From Candidatus Omnitrophota bacterium (GTDB lineage: Bacteria; Omnitrophota; Gorgyraeia; VGKN01), in assembly GCA_020052955.1 (NCBI GenBank), contig JAGVOB010000163.1, positions 1 to 41,941 on the forward strand: a stretch of DNA of 41,941 nt, given 5' to 3'. Shown here in pieces: positions 9,723-19,765 of this stretch. How positions within the stretch are numbered: position 1 is the stretch's first letter; each line of letters opens with the position of its first letter. The notes beneath the pieces are model-generated. The model did no database searches. It saw nothing but the letters and a program-made list of their open reading frames with translations, and was not told the origin of the DNA. A program made the position numbers and the translations under genes.

Positions 9723-11618
9723 CTATTGATCAATAAACTGCTTAAACCATAATTCTAAGCATAATAATCCCCATATTTGCCGGTCAAACTTCCTCTCTTT
9801 GCTGATTAATCCCTCAATGCCCTTGATATTATAAATACCTCTTCTTTTTGCCTTATTATCCAGCAAGACATCCCTGATAAATGCATTTAATTCCTTTTTA
9901 AACCATTCGGATATCGGCACGGGAAAACCCATCTTATCTTTTCTAAAGAATATTTCCTTCGGGATTACCCCTTTAACCGCTTTTCTGAAAATGTATTTAT
10001 TTAATCCATTTTTAAGCTTGATTCCCACGGGGATAGAGGATACGAATTCAGCTATCCTGTTATCCAGGAGCGGGACTCTGGATTCCAGAGAAAAACTCAT
10101 GCTTGTCCTATCCTCTACATGCAAAAGCGCGGGCAGTAAAGTCTTGAGGTCAAAATGGATCATTTTATTAATATAGGATTTAGTTTGAGGTAAATTAAAC
10201 AACTCCTGATAATCGCCGAAGATATCGTATCTCTTAGCGTTATCCAGCAAATTCGAAGAATAAACCTTCCGGGCATCCTTACCCCTGTTAATTAAATCAA
10301 AATAACGTTTATCCATACTGTCAAAAATACCGCCGCTCCAAAAAGACTGCATTAGCGGTTTGTAATTTTTGAGGACATGCAGGTTAGGCAAGAGCGATTC
10401 AAAGCTTATTAAATCCCCGACTTCTTCGTTACCCTGAAAAATAGACTCTTTAATAGACTGCTCCAGGTAAGCTATCAAATACCTGGCATAACCGCCAAAT
10501 ATTTCATCTCCTCCCTGGCCGCCTAATACAACTTTAACATTCTGGCTTGCAAGTTTTGAGACAAAAAACTGAGGGAACACTCCGGGGCCAGCCAGAGGTT
10601 CATCCATCATATAGATAATTCTGGCTATGCTCTGCTTAAAATCTTCAGCGGTCGGCCGGATTTCAAAATATTTAGACTTTATATAGCGGCTTACTTTTCT
10701 GGCATAGGGTGTCTCATCATAATCCCGGCCATCATCAAAAGCGCCGCTAAAAGTCTTTATCCTGCCGTTTGAATTTTTGGATGCAAGGCAGCTTACCACG
10801 CTGGAATCTAATCCCCCGCTAAGATGAGCCCCCAATGGCACGTCGCTTCTTAATTGCAGCCTAACCGAATCTTTGATAAGCGCTAAAAGTTTATCCGCGA
10901 AATAACTTTCATCATGGCTATGGTCTATATTACTAAAATCCAAATCCCAGTATTTAGTAACCGAGAGCCTGGGCTTACGGTTAATGTTCTCTAAAACCAA
11001 GTAATGCCCGGGCAATAGTTTTTTGACATGCTTAAAAAAAGTCTTGTCGCCTAAGCAGAACTGGAAATTAATATAATCGTATATCGCTTCAGGATTTTCT
11101 TTTTTGCAGGAAGGCCTGATGCCTAAAATTGCCTTTATTTCCGAAGCAAAGATAAATTCGTCTTTATTAAATACATAATAGTAAGGTTTTATCCCAAAAT
11201 AATCGCGGGCAGCAAATACCCTGTTTCTTTTCTTATCGTATATAGTAAAGGCGAACATGCCATTTAACTTAGGCAGCATTTTCTCGCCATATTCCTCATA
11301 GAGATGGATGATAACTTCCGTATCCGAATGGGTCGTAAATTTATATCCGCGGGAGATTAGTCCTGAACGTAATTCAACATAATTATAAATCTCTCCGTTA
11401 TAAACTATCCAAAGGCTTCCGTCCCGATTAGACATCGGCTGGTGCCCGGTTACAAGGTCTATAATGCTTAAACGTTTATGGACAAACCCGACATTCTCTA
11501 AAAGTAAGAAGCCTTCGTCATCCGGGCCGCGGTGGTGGAGTAAATCACCCATTAACTTCAAGCTCTTGGGGTTTATTTTTCTTTTATCGCTGGATATTAT
11601 TCCGGCTATTCCGCACAT
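9723..11618 (-). CDS. asnB: Asparagine synthase (glutamine-hydrolysing) family amidotransferase, probably acting on a glycan
   Basis: MCGIAG N-terminus, HRGPD, NGEIYN, LSGGLDSS, GQGGDEIFGGY, SLESRVP and KMGFPVP. Confidence 0.93.
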   Translation of the reverse strand: MCGIAGIISSDKRKINPKSLKLMGDLLHHRGPDDEGFLLLENVGFVHKRLSIIDLVTGHQPMSNRDGSLWIVYNGEIYNYVELRSGLISRGYKFTTHSDTEVIIHLYEEYGEKMLPKLNGMFAFTIYDKKRNRVFAARDYFGIKPYYYVFNKDEFIFASEIKAILGIRPSCKKENPEAIYDYINFQFCLGDKTFFKHVKKLLPGHYLVLENINRKPRLSVTKYWDLDFSNIDHSHDESYFADKLLALIKDSVRLQLRSDVPLGAHLSGGLDSSVVSCLASKNSNGRIKTFSGAFDDGRDYDETPYARKVSRYIKSKYFEIRPTAEDFKQSIARIIYMMDEPLAGPGVFPQFFVSKLASQNVKVVLGGQGGDEIFGGYARYLIAYLEQSIKESIFQGNEEVGDLISFESLLPNLHVLKNYKPLMQSFWSGGIFDSMDKRYFDLINRGKDARKVYSSNLLDNAKRYDIFGDYQELFNLPQTKSYINKMIHFDLKTLLPALLHVEDRTSMSFSLESRVPLLDNRIAEFVSSIPVGIKLKNGLNKYIFRKAVKGVIPKEIFFRKDKMGFPVPISEWFKKELNAFIRDVLLDNKAKRRGIYNIKGIEGLISKERKFDRQIWGLLCLELWFKQFIDQ

Positions 11619-12409
11619 GTTTTCTTAAGATATTCCCTAATTTTTTTCCTATACCCGGTTCTCCATCCGCCCCAGGGCCAATAATAAAAAATAGCCAGAG
11701 TGAAATATCCAAAAGTAGTTATACTGCCTACCATTTTACTCTTTGACTTCTTCTGGTCATAGCGCAGGGTAAAGGGAATTTCCGTGAATTTAGCTCCCAG
11801 CATTTTTAATCTGATTAATTTTTCTAAAGTACAGGTAAAACCCAGGCCTTTTAGCTGTATAAAATTATTTCCGAATATATCTATCGCCGTTTTTACAACC
11901 TTTGCCCGGTAAGCCCGGAAACCGCAGGAATACTCCCTGACACCTCTTATGGGAAAAATTATCTTCATGAATATATTCGCGCACAGGGAAACAAAAGCTT
12001 TGTAAACGCTTAAGCCCTTCTGCCCCCCTCCCGGCTGAAAACGCGAAGCAATTACCACGTCAAAACCCTGATCCAACTTGGTGAACAAATCAGAGAAAAA
12101 TTTAGGCTCATGTGTATCATCGCAGTCCATCCTGATGATCACGTCATCAGGATGCGACAGTTCCGCGGCCATCTCAAAAAGGTCTCGCGACGTTTCCCCC
12201 AGGCCGCGGTTTATCTTATGGGTTAATATTTCCAGCGGCATCTTCCCGCAGAATTCCTTCAGGATTTCTCCGGTGTGGTCACGACTGCCGTCATTACAAA
12301 CAAAAAGCCTATAATCCTTTTTGAGTGTTTTAAAAACATGGTTTATCTTCGGCAAAAGCGCAGACAAAGACCGCTCTTCATTATAAGCCGGCAGCAATAC
12401 ATAAATCAT
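11606..12409 (-). CDS. GT2 glycosyltransferase, polyprenol-phosphate sugar synthase-like
   Basis: Motifs LLPAYNEE, NDGSRD, NRGLG, MDCDDTH, ASRF and SCGFRAY. Confidence 0.88.
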   Translation of the reverse strand: MIYVLLPAYNEERSLSALLPKINHVFKTLKKDYRLFVCNDGSRDHTGEILKEFCGKMPLEILTHKINRGLGETSRDLFEMAAELSHPDDVIIRMDCDDTHEPKFFSDLFTKLDQGFDVVIASRFQPGGGQKGLSVYKAFVSLCANIFMKIIFPIRGVREYSCGFRAYRAKVVKTAIDIFGNNFIQLKGLGFTCTLEKLIRLKMLGAKFTEIPFTLRYDQKKSKSKMVGSITTFGYFTLAIFYYWPWGGWRTGYRKKIREYLKKTCAE

Positions 12410-12540
12410 ATTTTTACTCCCATCACGGTAATTTTATTCTCGAAAATCTTAATCTCCCGGCCTTCCAGAGCAGCAGCCTTTCGTAGAAGATGGCTTCCAC
12501 ATTCCGGACAAATCAAATAATCCAGTAATTCTTCTTTCAT
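12406..12540 (-). pseudogene. 44-aa mini-ORF, probably an internally deleted Trm112-domain methyltransferase (not in the ORF track)
   Basis: Hand translation gives MKEELLDYLICPECGSHLLRKAAALEGREIKIFENKITVMGVKI*. It has ATGA overlaps with both neighbours, and its two ends resemble the two ends of 8751..9710. Confidence 0.65.
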
Positions 12541-13781
12541 AATAAATCACCTGCCTTTTTTGTCCTTAGCAGATTAGATATAGCCGCCCCTACGGGTATA
12601 GTTAGAATCAGCTCTATCGGCAGCCTGAACCTGAAATCGTAATCTACCAGAGTCAGGGCTATAAGAAATACCTGTGATGCAAGACAAGTCAATATTAAAA
12701 CGGCAAAAGGCCGCTTTTTTACCCATATTAAAATCAGACCCATAATGCTAAAAGTATAAATAAACCCGTAAAATAAAAGATTAAAGATATTGTGCCTTAA
12801 GGAATACTCCGGCACCCAGGGATTAAACAGGGTATAAATCCGGGCAGCCACTAAAGAAATGAATTTAGGTAAATTTTTCCTGAAATAAGAATAGATGTCT
12901 TTAAGCCTGATTTGAACAGGGACATTATCGGCCTTAGGTATGCTTAGGCCCGGCGGTAAGGTAATCCTGGCAGAATAAAACCTGATGTGCCCCTGGCCTT
13001 TTTCCAATTGAGGCATTTGGTCGATATACAAAGACATCTGCAGGAGTTCCTGGGGGTAATCCTGAGCAATAACCTTATTGATCTTAGTGTTGAAATTAGG
13101 CAGGATCATAATGATCGCGGCCAGAATAACGGTATTAATTATAAAAAACAACGCAGCATGGTTTTTTAAAAAAAGTTTTTTAAACCCCAGCCACTCCAGG
13201 CAGAGCAGCATAAAAATCGAGAAAGTTATACCCAAGGGCCTGCTGACAGGCATAAGTATTAAAAATACGATCAATAGTAATAAATACCGGGGTTTTCTTT
13301 TTTTCAAAAACAAACTGAATAAATAAATACTTAAAGACATAATTAAGAGAAACGCCGCTTCGGTAGTGACAAATGGCGTCCAATAGACCAAGACTATCTG
13401 AAACGAAGCAGCCAGGCCGACTATAAATGCCGTTTTCTCCTTAAAAAACAAACGGGTTGCCAAGAATAGAAAAACCACACTCAACGCCCCTAGGAAACAG
13501 TGAAAAATACTAACCGGCCAATAATGATGGCCGAAAAAACGGTAAAATAAAGCCAGGTACCCTAAAAAAGTAAATCTGGTTGCGCTAAGCAGCGAGGTTT
13601 CGGTACTGCTACCAACGGCCATTTTTAAAGCCAGGGGATCATAATAAAAAACCGTGTCGGCTGTAACAAACTTCTGTAGATTTCCGGGAAGATTGTTAGA
13701 GGCGATAAAATAAAATAAAAGCCTTATCGCCAAGGCTATAAAAAACAGCAAAATTACGGTTTTAATCTTTGGCCTGTCCAT
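12537..13781 (-). CDS. ArnT/PMT-like membrane glycosyltransferase (GT-C fold)
   Basis: ALAIRL, loop-1 Asp (ADTVFYYD), TTEA, SRP and RFRLP motifs, with multiple TM segments. Confidence 0.75.
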   Translation of the reverse strand: MDRPKIKTVILLFFIALAIRLLFYFIASNNLPGNLQKFVTADTVFYYDPLALKMAVGSSTETSLLSATRFTFLGYLALFYRFFGHHYWPVSIFHCFLGALSVVFLFLATRLFFKEKTAFIVGLAASFQIVLVYWTPFVTTEAAFLLIMSLSIYLFSLFLKKRKPRYLLLLIVFLILMPVSRPLGITFSIFMLLCLEWLGFKKLFLKNHAALFFIINTVILAAIIMILPNFNTKINKVIAQDYPQELLQMSLYIDQMPQLEKGQGHIRFYSARITLPPGLSIPKADNVPVQIRLKDIYSYFRKNLPKFISLVAARIYTLFNPWVPEYSLRHNIFNLLFYGFIYTFSIMGLILIWVKKRPFAVLILTCLASQVFLIALTLVDYDFRFRLPIELILTIPVGAAISNLLRTKKAGDLL

Positions 13782-13785
13782 TATT

Positions 13786-14559
13786 TTAATCTTTTTTTAA
13801 TTCCACGCTCATAAACATCCCAATAAACCTGTTCAAAGGCGATAATATATACTCCAGCCCCTTGACCGGCTGATAGGCCCAGGAAGGCAAAAACTGCCTC
13901 AACGATAGCCCTCCGCTGATTAAATAACGCAGCGGTGTATGTAATTCTATCTTTTTTATCCGCAGTCCAGGAAATTCGTTTTCAAATATTTTTCTATCCC
14001 GGACAAAAATTATCCAGCCTAAAGCGTTATTAGCTGTCGAGAGACGGCCTTGCTTATCCATGTCCCACCCGGCCTTAAGAGCAAAATCTTCGTGATGGAA
14101 TTTTTGGTAAATGAACCGCGACCATAAGGTATTAGCTGGTTCAACCATTAGGATTTTTCCTTCGGCCTTAAGAGAACGGCTTAATTCCCGTAGGAAAAGC
14201 TTAGGTTTTTTGATATGATGCAAGACGTTTAGCATAAAAAATCCGTCAACCGTATTATCCTGAAACGGCAAGCTCTCTGCGGAAAAACATAAATCAATAT
14301 TATCAACCTTTACCACATCGGAAGTAACCACAGTTGGTATAACCTGCTTAATGAAACCTCCACCGCTGCCCAGCTCTACCAGTAAGACATTGCCGAAATT
14401 GTTTTGAATCTTTTTAAATTCTTTGTAAGAATCAAGGTAAATTTTTCTTAAAAAACCTTTGCGCAAAATTATCCCTGAGTGCAGCCGGGTTACCGCGACA
14501 CCATCTAACTCCTTTATTTCTTTAGTTTCCGGTAATTTCAACCAGTCTATCACGCTCAT
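13786..14559 (-). CDS. Class I SAM-dependent methyltransferase
   Basis: Motifs VELGSGGG, LPF, NVLHHI and MVEP. Confidence 0.88.
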   Translation of the reverse strand: MSVIDWLKLPETKEIKELDGVAVTRLHSGIILRKGFLRKIYLDSYKEFKKIQNNFGNVLLVELGSGGGFIKQVIPTVVTSDVVKVDNIDLCFSAESLPFQDNTVDGFFMLNVLHHIKKPKLFLRELSRSLKAEGKILMVEPANTLWSRFIYQKFHHEDFALKAGWDMDKQGRLSTANNALGWIIFVRDRKIFENEFPGLRIKKIELHTPLRYLISGGLSLRQFLPSWAYQPVKGLEYILSPLNRFIGMFMSVELKKD

Positions 14560-14562
14560 TGT

Positions 14563-15213
14563 TTAAATCTTATTAAATAACATATTAAAATATAACCCCA
14601 TTAGCTTAGGCGCCCAACAAGGCATACTGGTACATTTATTCAAGCTGAATAAACCTTCTGAGGATTTAATAAACTGTTTGTAATCGCTGACGTGATGGGC
14701 TTCTATATTATTGAAACCGATTAAAGTAAAAATCATCTTCATTAAGTTGTCTACCCGCGGTATGCCTACTAATAATTGGCCGTTTTGACGCAAGAAGCCG
14801 GATAACCTGATTAATATCGGCCTTAAATCTTTAATATGTTCAAAGACCGAAATCGCTATGATAAGGTCAAAACTATCCTTAGGGTAATCTACAGTCAAAA
14901 TATCTGCCCTACTCAAATTTGCCCGGACTCCCAAACCGCTTAGGCTGGTAGTTATTTTTTCTGGGTCAGATTTAACATCTACTCCATAAACATTTTTAGC
15001 CAATTGATTAAGCGTCGGCAGTAAAATACCGCTGCCGTATCCTATCTCCAGCACCGATTGATAAGGCGGTTTCAACAGCGAAAGCGCCTGTTTAATCCGA
15101 TTATGGTATAAAACCCCTACTATCGGCCGGTAATAATAATCCAAGGGGTCATCTTTATCAACCGGCTCTAAAACCCCTTTGGGTGGTAAATCAAAAAAAA
15201 ATCTATTTTTCAC
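14563..15213 (-). CDS. Class I SAM-dependent methyltransferase
   Basis: Motifs VLEIGYGSG, GVD, SFDLI and SVFEHI. Confidence 0.88.
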   Translation of the reverse strand: MKNRFFFDLPPKGVLEPVDKDDPLDYYYRPIVGVLYHNRIKQALSLLKPPYQSVLEIGYGSGILLPTLNQLAKNVYGVDVKSDPEKITTSLSGLGVRANLSRADILTVDYPKDSFDLIIAISVFEHIKDLRPILIRLSGFLRQNGQLLVGIPRVDNLMKMIFTLIGFNNIEAHHVSDYKQFIKSSEGLFSLNKCTSMPCWAPKLMGLYFNMLFNKI

Positions 15214-16625
15214 TATATCATCTTCAATTTCTTAAGCGCAACCGCGGACATTCTTAAAAGCAATAGCCCATGTCTGAAGCGGCTTATCTGAGTAGATCCG
15301 TAGGTGCGGGCGGTATACCTTACCGGTACCTCAACTATCTTGAGATTCTGTTTTGCCGCCCCGAAAATCAGGTCAAAGTCGCCGAAAGGGTCAAAATCGC
15401 CGAAAAATTTACGGTTTTCTTCTATTTTTTGATAATCCCTGCGGAATAAAACCTTAGTACCGCAGAGAGTGTCTTTTATCCTCTGCTCTAAAAGATAGGA
15501 AAATAATGAACTAAAAAATTTATTTCCCAGCAGATTAAGAAACCGCATCGCCCCTTCTCCTACTGAATAAACCAAGCGTGAACCCATAATTAGTTCGCCC
15601 TTGCCTTCTACTAAAGCCTGGTAAAATTTGAGGAGGTCTTCAGGAGGAGTTGTCAAATCCGCATCCAGTATCATCAAAATATCCCCTGTGACCTTAGAAA
15701 ATCCTTTTTTAACCGCATCGCCTTTGCCGATACCATCCTGGACAAAGACCTTTATATCTTTTCCAGGAAACTCCTTTATCTGTTTATTTATCTCTTCTAA
15801 AGTCCCGTCCTTAGAATGCCCTTCCACGAATATTAACTCATTGTGACTTCCTAACTCAGGCATTTTTTCAATAACATGCCGTATATTACCTCTTTCATTT
15901 CTGCAGGGCACTATAATCGAGCAGGCATAATCGTCATTATCATCATTACGGGCGGGTCTGGGCCTGGCGACAACAAACTCGATTAAACATAATTTGGAAA
16001 GTAACGGTAAATTAGCAAGAAATCTATTGAAAAAAGTTGAAATGAAAGGGATATGTTTTGGCAATAGAAACTTGTAGCCCTTCTTTATCACTTCAAAGTC
16101 GCTTAAATATAACAGGTTCTCAATATCGCAAAGAGAGAGCCAATTTTGTAATGGCTGGAGTGTTTTTAATCTTAATTTCTCGGATAGCTTAAGAATAGGC
16201 TCCCACAGATAATTATAATAAGTTATGATCACTCTGGTCTGAGGGCCGGATATTTTCTTTAATTGATTAAAAGTTCTCTGCACATCCAACAAACAACCTA
16301 TTAGATCAGATAGAATAATGTAATCGAATCTTTCTTCGACGGTTATATTTTCCGCGTCTTCAACCCTGAATTCAAGATGTGGAAATTGTCTTTGGGCAAT
16401 CTCTACCATTTTCTGACTAAAATCTATGCCCATTCCCCTTGATGGCTTGACAGAATTTAATAACTCCGCTGTTCCGCAGCCAATTTCTATAACAGATGAA
16501 CTCGGGGGAATTAAAAATCGCAGGTATTTCTCTAATTCCTGATAATAGTACTTATTCCTGGCCTTCCATTTCAATCTATCTTTTGCCGTTTGGTTAAAAT
16601 AATTTATTATATCTTTTTTATCCAT
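15213..16625 (-). CDS. Bifunctional methyltransferase::GT2 (polyprenol-P glycosyltransferase-like) fusion
   Basis: N-terminal VIEIGCGTA/GIDFS. C-terminal SIIVPCRNE, GKG.AV..GF, ILDADL, DTLCGTK and R.YG. Confidence 0.88.
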   Translation of the reverse strand: MDKKDIINYFNQTAKDRLKWKARNKYYYQELEKYLRFLIPPSSSVIEIGCGTAELLNSVKPSRGMGIDFSQKMVEIAQRQFPHLEFRVEDAENITVEERFDYIILSDLIGCLLDVQRTFNQLKKISGPQTRVIITYYNYLWEPILKLSEKLRLKTLQPLQNWLSLCDIENLLYLSDFEVIKKGYKFLLPKHIPFISTFFNRFLANLPLLSKLCLIEFVVARPRPARNDDNDDYACSIIVPCRNERGNIRHVIEKMPELGSHNELIFVEGHSKDGTLEEINKQIKEFPGKDIKVFVQDGIGKGDAVKKGFSKVTGDILMILDADLTTPPEDLLKFYQALVEGKGELIMGSRLVYSVGEGAMRFLNLLGNKFFSSLFSYLLEQRIKDTLCGTKVLFRRDYQKIEENRKFFGDFDPFGDFDLIFGAAKQNLKIVEVPVRYTARTYGSTQISRFRHGLLLLRMSAVALKKLKMI

Positions 16626-16643
16626 TTATTTTTAATAAAAATA

Positions 16644-17576
16644 CTATTCTTTATAATTTTCTCTATACCACCTGTAAGTAGCCTTGAGGCCATCTTCTAA
16701 TTTTACTTTCGCATGCCAACCAAGATTATCCAAGCGGCTTATGTCTAATAGCTTGCGTGGCGTCCCATCAGGCATAGAGGTGTCAAAAACTAAATCTCCC
16801 CCATAGCCTGTTACTTCTTTAACCAATAATGCTAAATCTTTAACAGAAATATCTTCCCCCCATCCCACATTAATAATCTCACTACTCATATAATTATCCA
16901 TTAGATATAGACATGCATCCGCTAAATCATCGACATAGAGAAATTCTCTACGTGCAGATCCTGTCCCCCATACCACGGCAGAGGATAATCCTCTGATTTT
17001 TGCTTCATGAAATTTTCTAATTAACGCCGGTATGACATGCGCGTTCTCGGTATCGAAGTTATCATTTATGCCATATAGATTAGTAGGCATTAATGAAATA
17101 AAATTAGAGCCATACTGCCGATTATAAGATTGACACAGTTTTATACCGGCAATTTTAGCAATGGCATAAGGCTCATTAGTGGCTTCTAACCTGCCAGTAA
17201 GCAAATATTCTTCATTAATTGGCTGAGGGCAATCCCGAGGGTATATGCAAGAACTTCCTAAATACAATAATTTTTTTACGTTACACCTATAACTCGCATT
17301 AATTACATTCGCTTCAATCATCATATTATCGTATATAAATTCAGCGGGAAAAGTCAAATTTGCCTTAATGCCGCCTACTTTGGCTGCGCATAAAAAAACA
17401 TATTCCGGATTTTCTTCCTGCATAAAACTTTCAACCTTATCTGTCCGCCTTAAATCTAACTCTTTAGATGTTTTAAGAATTAACTTCTGGTATCCCTGCT
17501 CTTTTAAGATTCTTAAAATAGCACTGCCAACCATCCCTGAATGACCTGCTATATATATTTTTGACTTTTTGTCCAT
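16644..17576 (-). CDS. fcl: GDP-L-fucose synthase
   Basis: Motifs AGHSGMVGSA, AAKVGGI, GSSCIYP, YAIAK, PTNLYG.NDNF, HVIPA and DGTPRKLLD. Confidence 0.96.
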   Translation of the reverse strand: MDKKSKIYIAGHSGMVGSAILRILKEQGYQKLILKTSKELDLRRTDKVESFMQEENPEYVFLCAAKVGGIKANLTFPAEFIYDNMMIEANVINASYRCNVKKLLYLGSSCIYPRDCPQPINEEYLLTGRLEATNEPYAIAKIAGIKLCQSYNRQYGSNFISLMPTNLYGINDNFDTENAHVIPALIRKFHEAKIRGLSSAVVWGTGSARREFLYVDDLADACLYLMDNYMSSEIINVGWGEDISVKDLALLVKEVTGYGGDLVFDTSMPDGTPRKLLDISRLDNLGWHAKVKLEDGLKATYRWYRENYKE

Positions 17577-18623
17577 TTAATCCTTCTTCCACCATTTCAT
17601 ACTTAATTTTTCTTTTATAATCTTATCACCTTCTCCGATAGGTTTTAATCCTTCCTTGCGCATATCGGCATCAACCATAATCTTTACCAAATCGTAAAAC
17701 TTTATTTTGGGCTGCCAACTTAGTTCTTTTCCGGCCTTAGCCGCATCTGCTATCAGGTTGTTCACTTCTGTCGGCCGGAAATAATGCGGGTCGATCTTTA
17801 TGTATTTCTGCCAATCCAGACCGGCATATATAAATGCTGCTTCAACAAATTCTTTTACTGAATGAGATTCGCCTACTCCTATGACAAAATTCCCGGGACT
17901 ATCCTGCTGTAGAATCTTCCACATAACCTCTACATATTCAGGGGCAAACCCCCAATCTCTTTTCGCGTCAAGATTACCCAGATAAAGGCAATCATCTAAG
18001 CCGGCTTTTATCCTTGCTATCGCGCGGGATATTTTTCGGCTCACAAAAGTTACTCCCCGCCTGGGGGATTCATGGTTAAAGAGAATTCCATCCACAGCAA
18101 AGAGCTTGTATCCGTCACGATAGTTACGCACCATCCAGTGCGCGTATGCCTTTGCAACCGCATAAGGGCTTCTTGGATAAAAAGGCGTTTCTTCATTCTG
18201 AGGAGCCGGTGCATTACCGAACATTTCGCTGCTCGAAGCATGGTAAAATCTCGTTTTTATCCCGCTAAGTCTTATGGCTTCCAATATCCTTGTGGTGCCT
18301 AAGGCGGTTACCTCTCCGGTGAATTCCGGCATATCAAAGCTCACACGAACATGGCTTTGCGCTCCCAAATGATAAATCTCATCAGGTTGTATATTATATA
18401 TTAAATTGGTCAACTGTCCGCTATCAATTAAATCTCCATAATGAAGAAAAAGCCGTACACCCTTAGTATGGGGATCAGCGTATAAATGCTCTATCCTTTC
18501 CGTATTGAGGGTGCTTGCTCTGCGGATTAACCCGTGGACGTCATAGCCTTTCGACAGCAAAAATTCCGCTAAATAACTTCCGTCCTGTCCCGTAATACCT
18601 GTAATAAGTGCTTTTTTAGCCAT
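17577..18623 (-). CDS. gmd: GDP-mannose 4,6-dehydratase
   Basis: Motifs [45 protein letters not shown] and RPTEV. Confidence 0.97.
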   Translation of the reverse strand: MAKKALITGITGQDGSYLAEFLLSKGYDVHGLIRRASTLNTERIEHLYADPHTKGVRLFLHYGDLIDSGQLTNLIYNIQPDEIYHLGAQSHVRVSFDMPEFTGEVTALGTTRILEAIRLSGIKTRFYHASSSEMFGNAPAPQNEETPFYPRSPYAVAKAYAHWMVRNYRDGYKLFAVDGILFNHESPRRGVTFVSRKISRAIARIKAGLDDCLYLGNLDAKRDWGFAPEYVEVMWKILQQDSPGNFVIGVGESHSVKEFVEAAFIYAGLDWQKYIKIDPHYFRPTEVNNLIADAAKAGKELSWQPKIKFYDLVKIMVDADMRKEGLKPIGEGDKIIKEKLSMKWWKKD

Positions 18624-18646
18624 TGTTAATCTCCCGTATAAGATAA

Positions 18647-19765
18647 TTAAGTTCGCGCTATTGAATCAACATACAAATTTATTACTCTTTTTATATAGAC
18701 ACTTGGATTACAGTATTTGCTCACATATTTTCGCGCAGATGATCCCAACTCTCTTCTGAATTTTTCATCAATAATAATCCGCTTTAAAGCCGAGATTAAG
18801 CCATCAAGACTCCTCGGAGGTATCAGTAGTCCTGTTACTCCATCCTCTACAATTTCTCCTATACCACCTACACCCGTAGCTATACATGGTAATCCTATAG
18901 ACATAGCTTCAAGCAATGAAATGGGAAAGCCTTCACTAAGCGAAGGTAAAACGAAAACATCCAAAGCATTAAGAATATCTGCCACGTCATTCCTCCATCC
19001 TGTAAAACGAATCTTAGAGTTGACGCCGATTTTTAGCGAGTATGAGGTTAATTCATCTCTCAATGGCCCATCTCCACTCATAACTAAAAAAATATCGTAA
19101 TCTTTCAATTGAGACAACGCGTCAATAAGAATCCTCTGGTTTTTAATCCAATACAAGGTTGAAACGGTTCCCATCACGATAGCATTAACGGGTATGCTCA
19201 GCTCTCTTCTCATGGCTTCTCTTGATTTCGTTATCTCTTGCCTTTTGTCTTCTATTGGATTCCTCAGAACAATTGTCTTTTCTTCCTTGGCGTTGTAAAC
19301 CTCCTGGATACCATTTTTTACAAAATTACTGCAGCAGAAGATAATGTTACTCTTTTTAACTATATATCTGCCTATGGCACGATAAATAATGTGCCTCTTC
19401 TTTAAATGAAAACTATGCTCACCGTGTTCCTCCGTAATCAAAAATGGAACTTTCGCCCAATTCGCGGCTAAGGCGGAATGATAATTAGCATAAAAAAGGG
19501 AGGAATGAATAATATCAAAATCATTCTTTTTTATGTAGCGGTAGAGCGCGAGGGTTGTGGAAAAATCCCACAACCCGAATGACCTGTTGAATATCTCTAC
19601 CTTATAACCCAAACCCTCGATTTTTTCTCCAAACTCACCCTTTTTCCCTAAACAGCATACCGACACGTCCAGTAAACCTGAATTTAAGTTTTTCAGCAAC
19701 ATATATCGCACAGATTGCGCTCCACCAATATCTAAAGCATTATGCACATATAGCACTTTCAGCAT
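18647..19765 (-). CDS. GT4 family glycosyltransferase
   Basis: IGGAQ, GDGPL and the EX7E motif in [18 protein letters not shown]. Confidence 0.92.
   Translation of the reverse strand: MLKVLYVHNALDIGGAQSVRYMLLKNLNSGLLDVSVCCLGKKGEFGEKIEGLGYKVEIFNRSFGLWDFSTTLALYRYIKKNDFDIIHSSLFYANYHSALAANWAKVPFLITEEHGEHSFHLKKRHIIYRAIGRYIVKKSNIIFCCSNFVKNGIQEVYNAKEEKTIVLRNPIEDKRQEITKSREAMRRELSIPVNAIVMGTVSTLYWIKNQRILIDALSQLKDYDIFLVMSGDGPLRDELTSYSLKIGVNSKIRFTGWRNDVADILNALDVFVLPSLSEGFPISLLEAMSIGLPCIATGVGGIGEIVEDGVTGLLIPPRSLDGLISALKRIIIDEKFRRELGSSARKYVSKYCNPSVYIKRVINLYVDSIART

Noticed and set aside
15192-15201. Poly-A/T runs (here and elsewhere) as phase-variation sites
   Set aside because: Such runs are common in AT-rich DNA and the reading frames are intact.
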